DNA of 64,000 bases from an uncultured Methanosarcinaceae archaeon (lineage in GTDB: Archaea; Halobacteriota; Methanosarcinia; Methanosarcinales; Methanosarcinaceae), in the NCBI GenBank assembly GCA_963847185.1, contig CAWJYV010000004.1:128001-192000 (forward strand), in the 5' to 3' direction. Below are positions 31,917-42,247 of this stretch, one piece after another; positions within the stretch are counted from its first letter, which is position 1, and each line of letters begins with the position of its first letter. The translations under genes were made by a program, and so were the position numbers. The notes under the pieces were generated by a model. It was not told the origin of the DNA. It saw nothing but the letters and a program-made list of their open reading frames with translations, and did no database searches.

Positions 31917-32719
31917 TATCTTTCCTCCCTTTCCTCAAAAGATTGTACAGCAGGCCGTAATGACGAAGTATTGGTTTTCCTGACTCCTTGCCTCAAACTC
32001 AAACTCTTCTGCACTGCTTTTTCCTTTCCAATCAGGACTAGAGTCCCAAGAATTATTGAAGAAAGCAGCATATTGTCAGAGTTAAAAAGTATGAGAGAAA
32101 GGATTCCTGCGCCTATTGCCACTATGAAAGGAAAGCGGGCTTCTGAACTGAAGTACTGCTCTATAGTTAGTACAACAAAGAGTGCGGTCAACACAAAACT
32201 CATGCCCTCAAGGTTAAAATCCATAAGGGAACCAAGAACAGCTCCGAGGACCGAACCTGTAACCCAGTAGAGATGATCGAGGGCCGCAATATAAAAGTAA
32301 AACCTTGACTTTGAGCCCTCTGAGAGTACCTCTGTAGTGGTCAGGAGAGCATAAGTCTCATCTGTCAAAGCAAAGATGAGATAAGGCTTAATCCTTCCAA
32401 CATCAGAAAACTTATCCAGCAGAGATAGTCCATAAAAAGCATGTCTGAGATTTAGAAGCAGTGTAGCTATTATAAACTCTGTAAGCCCGGAACCAGCAGC
32501 AAGTAGAGCTACTGCCAAAAACTGTCCTGATCCCGCATAAATAAAAAGGCTCATGAGAAAAGCATATCCCCAGTGGTACCCTGCTCCATCAAGTAAAAAG
32601 CCGAAAGCCACTCCAAGGGGTATGTATCCGAGAAAAACTGGAATTGTGGTCTTGAAGGCTTCTCTGAAAAGGTTTTTATTATAATCGTCCACTTCCCGTT
32701 CAGTCCCAGTTTTGGCCAT
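31916..32719 (-). CDS. azlC: AzlC-family branched-chain amino acid exporter
   Basis: GYIPLGVAFG, YAGSGQF, NLRHAFYG, LTDETYA. Confidence 0.9.
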   Translation of the reverse strand: MAKTGTEREVDDYNKNLFREAFKTTIPVFLGYIPLGVAFGFLLDGAGYHWGYAFLMSLFIYAGSGQFLAVALLAAGSGLTEFIIATLLLNLRHAFYGLSLLDKFSDVGRIKPYLIFALTDETYALLTTTEVLSEGSKSRFYFYIAALDHLYWVTGSVLGAVLGSLMDFNLEGMSFVLTALFVVLTIEQYFSSEARFPFIVAIGAGILSLILFNSDNMLLSSIILGTLVLIGKEKAVQKSLSLRQGVRKTNTSSLRPAVQSFEEREER

Positions 32720-33128
32720 GTTATCTTTCTTCTGCTATACTTGTATGATAGTTTCTTTCGAAAAATGAAAAACAAAAATTATATTTATACTATATATTCT
32801 TTGTCAGCACAGATTTATTTTCAGAAATAAAATTTTCAGGAATAAAAACCCTTAATTAATTGAAATTAAGTCAGGCAAAACCGGCATCTTTTCTAAGAGA
32901 AAAAATTGTAAGGGGATGCATCGACAAAAGAAAGTAAATATGAGATTGTTTCCAATATGGAATAAATTTCTTGCAGCTTAATCAATGAGTGCTTCATTAA
33001 TGTTTTTCTTCGCTCCGGCTCTCACCGGTCGCAAAAGCGACCGGCTTTTTCCTGAAAAAAAACAAGAAAACGCAAGCGTAAAAAATACATTTGTACCAAA
33101 TGGTGACAATTAGAATGAGAGAGTTATC

Positions 33129-33263
33129 GGCAGTGTGTAGATTTTTCTGTAAAATCACAAATTTCGAAAAGTTGTTGAGCAAAGAATTCTATATCTGAAG
33201 ATTAATTAGTCTCATCTTACACAAAAAATTGACTTCAAATTACAGCAAATTCGCTACACTGCC
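33129..33263. mobile_element. MITE family B copy with perfect 8-bp target-site duplication
   Basis: TIRs GGCAGTGT / ACACTGCC flanked on both sides by GAGTTATC. Confidence 0.88.
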
Positions 33264-33495
33264 GAGTTATCTGTTCATGTTTTCACATTTCTCCATATCA
33301 TCTTTCAATTTTTTTCTCTAATTTTCCCCTATATGGACTTTTAATTTATAGAATATTTCGGAAACAGCAGAATAGGCTCTAAGAGCGGGGCCATGTTATG
33401 TTTTTTGTATGTATTTTCTAATGTTGCTCTGTTATGCAATTCCACTTTATCAATCACTTTCAATTTTCAAGGAGTAATCGTACATTTTCATCTTC

Positions 33496-35790
33496 CTAGT
33501 AACCCCAGCTCGACCAGCTATTAGAGGATATCGCCTTGCTCTTGAATTCAGGCTGTGACTCCAGATTTTCGTAATATCTGTTTTTTCTGGCAAGAAGTAT
33601 ATTCTTATCAATTCCTTCTTTCTCAAGTTTTTCCTGTGCAAATTCTCTGACAATTCTATGCTCTTTGTAAACTATCTGATTATATCCCTGGTTTTTTGAG
33701 ATCATATCCCACTGAATAAGTTTTGTAAGCGGATCCCTTATGGAATGGCATTCTTCTTTTTCGGTCCCCATTATCCATGATAATGCTTCAACAGGCACGG
33801 GATCTTCATAAATAGAAGCGCAGAGAAAAAGTCTTTTTGCGGATCTGTCCAGTTTTGAAAAGGATTTTTCCAGCGCAGTAAACTCGATAAAATCCTCTTT
33901 TAACTGTTTCAGGTCAAGCATTAAACTGTCTACTCCCTGAACAGCAGCAGATTTTGCAAACTGGCCTATTGTCGAGGGGTGTCCACCTATTAAATCGTAT
34001 ATCTCTTTTTTTTTCGGAATACCCAGGTCTTCCAGCACTGTATAGTTATTCATCAACCAATTGGTCTGTGGAAAACTAAGTTCAGGAAGGGAAATGTGTT
34101 CTATACCTTCTGGAAGTTTTCCTTCCAGAGGATCGAAATCATAACAAGTGGTAATGATAAATTTTGTATTGCTGACAGTATTATTTAAAAGATGTTGTAG
34201 AAATTCTCTGAGTTCAGGATTTTTAATTTTATCTCGATCTTTATCTAAACAGTCTTTAAAACCGTCTTTAAAACCGTCAAATATTATTAGAAAACGTCGT
34301 TGATTAAATACACTTGCCAGCACGGAAGTTATGTCTTCAAGATTAGTCTGGTGACCCGGTGATATCTGCGGATTTAAGATCTGGTCGAGCTCAGATATTC
34401 CTTTCATAATGAAGAAGTTGTTAATCTTTCCCAGGATGTCTTTAGGCTGTGTAGCTAAGTTACACTCCATTCCAAAAACCCCCTCGAAATACTCATTCAT
34501 TTTTAGTGCGAGCCTGGTTGCAAGAACAGTTTTTCCCATACCAGCTAAACCGTAAATAATAGCTGCACGCTTTATATCGGATTTGAAGCCCTCTTCCAAA
34601 ATTCGAAGCTCTTTTTTCCTGCCAACAAAGCCCTTATTCATCACCTGCAAATCTGGCAACATCATATTGCATTCAATTTTGGCAGGTTCTGGATTTATGT
34701 TTCCTACCCTTACGCAGTTGCAGTCTGATAGATATAGCACCGGTGTTGCGAAATCAAAACCGTTGCTCTTTTCCGAATTCTTCATCGTTATTCTTGCTTC
34801 ATTAAGTGCAATGTCAACAGATTTTCCGCTTGCAATCGTCCTGTAAAAAGTGTCTGCAAACTGAATAGCTACCTCGTCAAGTACAGAATATTGCATAGCC
34901 ACAACAGCAGGAATTCTTCTTCTTGAGAGCATACTGGCAAGGTCACTGAATGCTTCTTTATTTGATCCTTTAGCTGAATTACAGGAACTGAGCACAACAA
35001 GCCTTATGCCGAGGTCTGAAAAAAGATCTGCAAGAACTTTGTTATCTATCAATCTGGCTTTTCTGTCTTTGGATTCAAATACAAGGTGACTTCTCCCGTT
35101 AATACTTATTCCATGTCCTGTGAAATGTACGATGTGATAATTTTGTTCATTAAGATAGTTCTGAACATTTTCAAAAGTAGCATCTTCAGTAAAATAAACT
35201 TTTATTTTTTGCTCTCTATCAAGCTTGTCTACAGCTTCAAGGATAATTTCCTGTTCTTTTTCAGTGTTTAGAGATGGAACTCTGGGGTCATCAGGATTCG
35301 AAATTACTACTAGCATTCGGAGAACCGAATCTATGAGTTGAGCTTTGGTTTTCTTTGCCTCAGGCGGGAGCCTTGAGAGCAAAATGCTTCTTCTAGTGGT
35401 TAAAAAATTTTCTCCGTTGTGCAAATATTCCCATGGCAAAGATGCAATTTCAGGAACATTCTTATTGAACTGCATAGAAATCCGGAGTCCATTATTCTCT
35501 TCCTGGGCTTCGTTAAAACGTTTATTGAAATAGTCTCCCAATTCCCCTGAAAATAGAGTATCGTATAATGTTTTTCCAAATTCTATATGAACTGTTTCTT
35601 CAGGCTGAGGATTGGGGATTACAGCTTTTTCTTCAATTTGATCCAGCATCTCAACAAGTCTAGAGTCACGCTTTAGTTCAAAATCTCGAGTTGCCACAAC
35701 ACTTTCATTTTCCAGAATTGAAGCCGTATATAGATCACAGAAGCCTTCAGGTCCTTTTGATATTTGTAGTTCTAGAGGATAATACTCCAT
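33496..35790 (-). CDS. CHAT (caspase-like) peptidase fused to a STAND/NB-ARC-like NTPase
   Basis: LPWEYL, HFTGHG and LSSCNS catalytic His/Cys, VVAMQY. Then FVGR, Walker A GLAGMGKT, LIIFD, GGHP. Alternative GTG start at 35799. Confidence 0.85.
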   Translation of the reverse strand: MEYYPLELQISKGPEGFCDLYTASILENESVVATRDFELKRDSRLVEMLDQIEEKAVIPNPQPEETVHIEFGKTLYDTLFSGELGDYFNKRFNEAQEENNGLRISMQFNKNVPEIASLPWEYLHNGENFLTTRRSILLSRLPPEAKKTKAQLIDSVLRMLVVISNPDDPRVPSLNTEKEQEIILEAVDKLDREQKIKVYFTEDATFENVQNYLNEQNYHIVHFTGHGISINGRSHLVFESKDRKARLIDNKVLADLFSDLGIRLVVLSSCNSAKGSNKEAFSDLASMLSRRRIPAVVAMQYSVLDEVAIQFADTFYRTIASGKSVDIALNEARITMKNSEKSNGFDFATPVLYLSDCNCVRVGNINPEPAKIECNMMLPDLQVMNKGFVGRKKELRILEEGFKSDIKRAAIIYGLAGMGKTVLATRLALKMNEYFEGVFGMECNLATQPKDILGKINNFFIMKGISELDQILNPQISPGHQTNLEDITSVLASVFNQRRFLIIFDGFKDGFKDCLDKDRDKIKNPELREFLQHLLNNTVSNTKFIITTCYDFDPLEGKLPEGIEHISLPELSFPQTNWLMNNYTVLEDLGIPKKKEIYDLIGGHPSTIGQFAKSAAVQGVDSLMLDLKQLKEDFIEFTALEKSFSKLDRSAKRLFLCASIYEDPVPVEALSWIMGTEKEECHSIRDPLTKLIQWDMISKNQGYNQIVYKEHRIVREFAQEKLEKEGIDKNILLARKNRYYENLESQPEFKSKAISSNSWSSWGY

Positions 35791-36102
35791 AATAACCACC
35801 TTCTCAGTAACAAAAATCAGAACTTATTTAATTTATAGTTATTGTTTTTGTCGTCACCCCTGACTATAAATATAAAAAAGCAGTTGTTTCAAAGAAGGGG
35901 TGATAAACAAAAATATTCAAAAAGGAGTGATAACAAAATTGGAGAAAAGTGAGATGAGGGTATATTTTTATTTCCCGAAGCCAACGGGTTCTACAACTCT
36001 CAAGCATAGGACAAGAACGCCCGATAGATGGTGTTCAGTTTCCCCTTAAATAATTTCAGCCAATTTCCCCACGAAACACTGAAGATCTGGATAGTACTGT
36101 TT

Positions 36103-36258
36103 TTACTCCGTCTTTTCTTCTTCTGGCATATAGCACCCGAAATACGTATTTTGCTCGACTTTTTTCAGGACATTATTAATGCTCTCAAGCGCTGCTTCCA
36201 TTTTTTCCATTCTCTTCTCAATTTCCTCGACTTTGGTAAGAATTTCCTGTTCAATCAT
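36103..36258 (-). CDS. Small coiled-coil hypothetical protein
   Basis: MIEQEILTKVEEIEKRMEKMEAAL heptads. Start codon uncertain. Confidence 0.55.
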   Translation of the reverse strand: MIEQEILTKVEEIEKRMEKMEAALESINNVLKKVEQNTYFGCYMPEEEKTE

Positions 36259-36372
36259 AATATCTCGTCCCGTATACCTATTACATTTATTCACAATGGT
36301 AGTGAAAGTTTAATTACCCTTTAATAGGTCTTGCAAGGTTCTTATATACGTCGTCAAGGTAACATATTAGAT

Positions 36373-37137
36373 TTAAATAAGAAGCAAACCGCGTTGCCAG
36401 TCATTGATTATTTTGGTGGCTGTCCTTGTTTCATCTACTTCACCTTTTTTTTGCAGGAAATTGCACTGCCTGCCTATAAGTTTAAGGACATCGTAAGTCC
36501 CTTCGGTTTCTATTTTTATCTTATAGAAAGCTTCAAGAGCGGGTTTGTTTTCAGCCAGGAATTTTTCGATTATTTTCAGGGCAACACCAATTTGGTCTTT
36601 TAGATGAGTTGAGTCCTTTATACCCATCAGGCCCTGCAGGTATTCATCGTTTTCGTCAAAGGGAATCACTCCTGGGGTATCAATAAACATAATTCGTGAA
36701 CCTGCATCCACGTGCTGGACTCCTTTTGTGTGACCGGATATGGAAGATGTGCCTGCTCTGTGCCTGCCTGTTACACTATTGATTACCGAGGATTTGCCTA
36801 CATTGGGATAGCCCAGAATACCGACAAAGATATCGTGCCCTTTTATGCAGGCGGATTCAAGAATCTGGTGCCTCAGCATCGTCGTTCCTGACCTGTCTTT
36901 ACTGGACACAAAAATAGTAGGTGCTATTTTCGAGAGACTAATTTTTGTTTTCTCAAGTTTTTCCCTTGATACAAGGTCGCATTTATTAATAACGATTATA
37001 AAAGGTTTTTTTAGGCGGATTATCTCACGCTCTACTTCGCTGTTTCTTGTTTCATCAGGAAACCGAGCATCTATGACTTCAAGAAGGACATCAGCTTTTT
37101 TAATAACTTCTTTTACAAGTGTTTTATAGCCGGCCAT
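36373..37137 (-). CDS. Circularly permuted YlqF/RbgA-family GTPase
   Basis: DAR, NKCD (G4) before GYPNVGKSS (G1) and DTPG (G3). Confidence 0.92.
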   Translation of the reverse strand: MAGYKTLVKEVIKKADVLLEVIDARFPDETRNSEVEREIIRLKKPFIIVINKCDLVSREKLEKTKISLSKIAPTIFVSSKDRSGTTMLRHQILESACIKGHDIFVGILGYPNVGKSSVINSVTGRHRAGTSSISGHTKGVQHVDAGSRIMFIDTPGVIPFDENDEYLQGLMGIKDSTHLKDQIGVALKIIEKFLAENKPALEAFYKIKIETEGTYDVLKLIGRQCNFLQKKGEVDETRTATKIINDWQRGLLLI

Positions 37138-37189
37138 ATACTGCGGCTATGGTACAGGATAATATATGAATATATAGTGAGCTCACCAG

Positions 37190-37269
37190 TGTCGCGTCGA
37201 TCATCAAGAATTGAAAAATTCTAAATGATTGTAATCGAATTTATACGACATTTTATCGCTGACGCGACA
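37190..37269. mobile_element. MITE family D (80 bp)
   Basis: TIRs TGTCGCGTC / GACGCGACA flanked by CCAG on both sides. Reverse homolog at 44117..44196. Confidence 0.75.
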
Positions 37270-37324
37270 CCAGTGCATCGATTATTAATTAATTCCTGTT
37301 ATCTTAGATTACAATTCCACCAGT

Positions 37325-37640
37325 AGAAAAAAGAAATCCAAAACCATAATTTTTACGTTGTCTGTCCGAACAAAGACTGTAAGCTCTATGGCCTTATTGA
37401 TCAGGACAATATTACTGGAAATGGTACTTACATAAGTCATGGAAATAAAACAAGAAGATATCTTTTCCATGAATGCGGCAAAGCCTTTTGAGACCACACA
37501 GGCACTTTTTATCATGATCTTCACAAGATGAGATACTATTGAATTAGCTCTGAAGATATCTATGAAAGGGATGAGCATTGAAGACATTGCCGATGTTTCA
37601 AGGGTACAGTCTGCCAGTGTAAAACTATGGTTAGCCCGTC
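37325..37640 (+). pseudogene. Degraded IS1-family transposase N-terminus
   Basis: CPNKDCKLYG..GNGTY..RRY..HECGKAF*..GTFYHDL / KGMSIEDIADV..SVKLWL, with an internal stop and a frameshift. Confidence 0.7.
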
Positions 37641-37783
37641 ACAGATGGACTGAAATTTGCAGAGAAGCTCTTTTAAAACAATTTGGAGTTATAGAAGCGC
37701 ACCCAGATACTGGGAAAAGCTATCTGGAGAAGTATGAAATTTAACCCAGGCAACGGGGTGTGCCTGGGTTATGGGTTTTTTTT

Positions 37784-37828
37784 TTGGGTTTGGGTTTGGG
37801 TTTGGGTTTGGGTTTGGGTTTGGGTTTA
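37784..37828. repeat. (TTTGGG)7 microsatellite
   Basis: Seen directly, after a poly-T run and a GC-rich hairpin. Confidence 0.9.
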
Positions 37829-38387
37829 CGGAATATGATTGTAGTACAGCTTGTACGATTAATAGAATGGTTCGTCAATATATATTAGAGCGGTCATCTA
37901 ATCAAAAAAAATTAACTGTAAACATGTTTGAGTGAAAGATCGCAGATATAAATGCAAAATAACTATTTTATTAATTTTCGATGAATATAAAGAATAATTC
38001 TGAAGAGGTATATTACTTTACTAGATCTCTTTTGCAGTTTCATCTACAAGTGTTATGGGTTATACTCAATATACAGTTTTATTGTCCCTTTTTTGAACTT
38101 TCTATAAATTCCACAGTATGTCTTATCTAATTCTTTTGTGCAGGTGTATGAATCAGCTCGATAAGCGGCACATTCTGAGGCATATTCACATTTTGTGCAG
38201 GATATTTTTGTTCTTCTTTTAACGATTTATTCAAAGTTTGGTAGCATTAGTATTCATTTGCCTTTACCTTATTTTGCATAATTCAATTTTATATATCAGT
38301 ATTCATTTATTTGCGTTCTGTTGGAAATGCCCGCGAGCAGGAATCAGTAAAACAGGAAACAAGATAGGCTTTGTTAATCACATATTT

Positions 38388-39533
38388 CTGGACTTTCAGC
38401 CAGCTTCAAAAGCTTTTGACCACCTTGAGGTATTTCACAGGCTTGGCCTTCGAGTTCCCGAACCCGTTGAGTTCTGCCAGAGCCTCGGAATCAAAGCCAG
38501 TCCATTGAGTGTCAGTAGAACTCTTGCCTTACTGAACAGGGAAAAATTTGAAGAAAATAGAAGAATTCCTCAGATCTTTCCGAATGCGGAAGAAAATACC
38601 GGTGCAAAGGAAATTTTCAGGATCAGCTCTGCCTGGAATGATCATTCCATACATGCAGTAAAAACTCCTTCCATACCCGTAATAAAGGCTCCTTCTATAA
38701 ATGCAGTAAACGACCCTTCTATAATTTCTATTCTGGATATGTGGTCTGGTTATGAGAAAAACAGAATGGTACTGAAAGGGATAAATCTGGAAATTAATAA
38801 AGGTGAGAGGGTTGCGGTTATGGGCACAAACGGCTCAGGAAAATCAACCCTGCTTTTACATCTTGCAGCCATTCTCAAACCACATAAAGGAAGTGTAAAG
38901 GTTTTTGGAGAGGATACTAAATCCAAAAATCCGTATTCCTTTGCAGGAAGAGTCGGATTCGTGTTCCAGAACCCTGACCTCATGCTCTTCTGTGATTCGG
39001 CTGAGGAAGAAACAAGATTTGGACCTGTTCAGTTAAAGTACAACAATATTGAGGAACGGATAAGAGACTCTCTTGAAGCAATGTCAATTCTGCATCTCAA
39101 GAGTGAACTTCCTCAGGCTCTGAGCCGGGGGCAGAGACTCAGGACAGCCGTTGCTTCCGTACTGTCCATAAATCCCGAAATTATTCTTCTTGATGAACCC
39201 ACAACAGGGCAGGATAGAGTGAATATAGAACAGATGATGAATTATTTCAAAAATAATAATTCGACACTGGTTTTCTGTACCCATGATATTGAGGTAGCTA
39301 TGTCCTATGCCACAAGAATCCTGGTGATGAACGAGGGGCAGATTATAGCAGACGGGAAGGGAAAAGAAATTATAAAGAACACAGAAATTCTCAGAAAGGC
39401 GTCCCTTACCCAGCCCCCTATTGTTGAGATTGCTAATTATCTTGGTGTAGACGCCTTTTCAGTTAAAGAACTTGTAGAAATGCTGACATGCAGAAGGGCT
39501 GAAGGGATAAGTGTTGAAGCGATAAAATGTTGA
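38388..39533 (+). pseudogene. 5'-truncated ECF-type ABC ATPase (one intact NBD)
   Basis: GTNGSGKS, VFQNPD, LSRGQ, LLDEPT, THD. The upstream part of the ORF (38238-38390) reads like non-coding DNA, while 38390-38480 resembles the tail of a lost first NBD. Confidence 0.65.
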
Positions 39534-39566
39534 AGTGATTAAATACTGAAAGTGATAAAATGATAG

Positions 39567-40454
39567 GTGCCAGATCAATTGCAGAACCGACAATTAAAGA
39601 TACAATCATTCACAGAATGGACCCACAGGGCAAAGATCCTTATCCTGATTTCTACCGCATTTGTCGCAGTTACCCTTGATAATCCAAAAACTATGTTTTT
39701 GTTGTTTCTGATCGTACTTTCCGGATTTGCGCTTGCAAGAATGCCGGCAATAAAGATCAAGACCCTGGCCTTATTACTCGCACTTTTGATCTGGGGAACT
39801 ATTTATTCTCAGGCTCTCTTTTATTCTCAACTTCCAAGAACTGTAATTTTTACCATAATAAGTCCTGATTTTCCGGTTCTGGGCTGGCTGACCAGCGGAG
39901 GGTTGTTCATATACGAGGAAGGGCTCCATCATGGTGCAATTCAGGGCCTAAGATCGGCTTCAATCCTTTCTCTCGGGCTGTTGATGTGCTGGACTACGGA
40001 TTCAAGGGATATGCTAAACGGGCTTGTAGGGCTCAGGGTCCCCTACAGTGTAGCATTCATGGTGGTCACAGCAGTCAGGTTCCTGCCAATAATAATCACT
40101 GAAGTAGCGACTGTAATTACAGTCCAGAGGCTCAGAGGGTTTAATCCGAAGAAGTTTGGATCAGGAATAGTAAAAACATCACTTAATATACTGACTCCAA
40201 CTCTTGCAAACTGTGTAAGAAGGACCGGAACTCTTGCAGTTTCAATTCAGAGCAGGGCATTCAGGGCAAATCTTGAAAGGACATACCTCAAAAAGCTGAA
40301 GTTTTCGGATCTTGATAAAGCAGTGGTTGCAGTCTTTATTTTTGCAGCCATAAGTATTGTTACCATAAAGCTTCTTTACAATATGTACACAAGTGGAATT
40401 TATTATACTTCAGGTTTAAGGCCTGTTTATGCAATTGCAAGGGGATACCTGTGA
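39567..40454 (+). CDS. ECF transporter transmembrane component T
   Basis: Hydrophobic; AVRFLP, QRLRG and SRAF coupling motifs. Confidence 0.85.
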   Translation: MPDQLQNRQLKIQSFTEWTHRAKILILISTAFVAVTLDNPKTMFLLFLIVLSGFALARMPAIKIKTLALLLALLIWGTIYSQALFYSQLPRTVIFTIISPDFPVLGWLTSGGLFIYEEGLHHGAIQGLRSASILSLGLLMCWTTDSRDMLNGLVGLRVPYSVAFMVVTAVRFLPIIITEVATVITVQRLRGFNPKKFGSGIVKTSLNILTPTLANCVRRTGTLAVSIQSRAFRANLERTYLKKLKFSDLDKAVVAVFIFAAISIVTIKLLYNMYTSGIYYTSGLRPVYAIARGYL

Positions 40455-41218
40455 TAGAAATAGAAAAATTATCCAGATCCTTTGGAAACCTGATCGCGGT
40501 TAACAATCTCGATCTTAATGTTGGAAACGAGATCTTTGGCCTTCTGGGTCCCAACGGGGCTGGTAAGAGTACCACGGTTATGATGCTTACAACTCTACTA
40601 AAACCAAGCAGCGGCACTGCAAAAGTCTGCGGGTACGATGTAGTAAAAGAGTCAAAAAAAGTAAGGTCAAAGATAAGCTATGTCCCTCAGGACATGGCAG
40701 TTGACCGAAAACTCACAGGCAGGGAAAATGTACTGCTTTATGCAAAACTCTATGGAATCCCGAACAGAAATTCAAAGGTAGAAGAAGTGCTTGAAATGAT
40801 GGGGCTTTCAGACCGTGCCGGTGATCTTGTTGCAACATATTCAGGAGGGATGAGAAGGCGCCTTGAACTTGCCCAGGCGCTCGTGCACGAGCCTGAAGTT
40901 CTGTTCCTGGATGAACCCACCCTTGGACTGGATGTGAGCGGAAGAAGGAAAATATGGGAGCATATCAGGATGCTTAAAGCAGAAGGCATGACTATATTCA
41001 TGACCACACATTACCTTGAAGAGGCAGAAAAGTACTGTAACAGAGTTGCCATTATTGATAAAGGTAGAATTGCAGCTGTTGGTTCTCCTGAAAACCTGAT
41101 AAGTTCCATAGGAGAAGATGCTTCCCTTAATGATGTTTTCCTTGAGAAAGTCAAGACCCCTGAGGAACAGGCAAGTTTCAATTCAACCCAGTTTAGAAAC
41201 CTTCTGAGGCGGAGATAA
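40451..41218 (+). CDS. ABC exporter ATP-binding protein (DrrA-like)
   Basis: GPNGAGKS, YSGGMRRRL, FLDEPT, TTHY. Confidence 0.92.
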   Translation: MIEIEKLSRSFGNLIAVNNLDLNVGNEIFGLLGPNGAGKSTTVMMLTTLLKPSSGTAKVCGYDVVKESKKVRSKISYVPQDMAVDRKLTGRENVLLYAKLYGIPNRNSKVEEVLEMMGLSDRAGDLVATYSGGMRRRLELAQALVHEPEVLFLDEPTLGLDVSGRRKIWEHIRMLKAEGMTIFMTTHYLEEAEKYCNRVAIIDKGRIAAVGSPENLISSIGEDASLNDVFLEKVKTPEEQASFNSTQFRNLLRRR

Positions 41219-41943
41219 TGAGAGCAGTATTCTACTATTTTGAAAGAGATCTTGTAAAATGGCTGAGAGGGAAAGTGACAGTTATCTCTTCACTTATAAT
41301 GCCAGCAGCCTGGCTGGTATTTGTCGGGATGGCCCTGCCCACGAAGTTTACCGATAATTATATTCAATTTATCACACCTGGCATTCTTGTCATGACCATG
41401 CTTTTTTCTTCCCTGCAGGGCGGATCCCTTATGATTTTTGATAAAATACTGGGTTTTTTGAATAAATTCCTGGCAATGCCTTCTCCACGGGAAAGCATAC
41501 TGTATGGAAAAATCCTTTTCATTGGGGTAAGAGGACTGATGCAGGCAACTGTAATCCTCCTGATAGCCACGCTTCTTGGAGTAAGGATATCGAACCCCGT
41601 AAGTATAGTTCTGATATACCTTACACTTTTCATGTTTTCGGTATTTTTCTCTGCTCTCTCAACCATGATAGGACTATACTTGAGTGACCATGACAGCTAT
41701 TCGGCTGTGAACAGCATGATCAGCATGCCGTTATTCTTCACAAGCAGCGCACTTATGCCTTATGAGGTCATGCCTTCCTGGCTAAGGACACTGGCAAGAC
41801 TTAATCCGGTAAGTTATGCAATAGACAGCACAAGGATACTATTTGAAGGAGGAATACCTGTTAATGGGCTTATAGGCCTTGCCATAGGAGCCGGAATTAT
41901 GGTGCTTCTCGGCACATATCAGTTTCGGAAGGCATTTGTATAA
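41218..41943 (+). CDS. ABC-2 type permease
   Basis: Six TM helices, FITPGI, LNPVSYAID. Coupled to the ATPase stop. Confidence 0.9.
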   Translation: MRAVFYYFERDLVKWLRGKVTVISSLIMPAAWLVFVGMALPTKFTDNYIQFITPGILVMTMLFSSLQGGSLMIFDKILGFLNKFLAMPSPRESILYGKILFIGVRGLMQATVILLIATLLGVRISNPVSIVLIYLTLFMFSVFFSALSTMIGLYLSDHDSYSAVNSMISMPLFFTSSALMPYEVMPSWLRTLARLNPVSYAIDSTRILFEGGIPVNGLIGLAIGAGIMVLLGTYQFRKAFV

Positions 41944-42247
41944 ATAAGTGCCGATTTTTTTCCAGTCTTGTTTTATCCTGAAATGATTTCGCAGATTCAA
42001 AAAAATTTAAAACTTCAATACACGACACAACAGAGGGCGCCGCAAAATATTAACATAGAGTAAATTCCAATTACATCTTGGTATTTGGAATGACCATGTA
42101 ACATAAAACAAATTCGAAGTTAAAGTAAAAATAATGGGTTGCTTATATACGATAAATAACTGGAATAAAAGAAAATTAAAAAGTGAAATAATTTCAGGAT
42201 AAAACACAGTTGAACCATAGATAATTTCTATAAAATAATAGTGGGCA

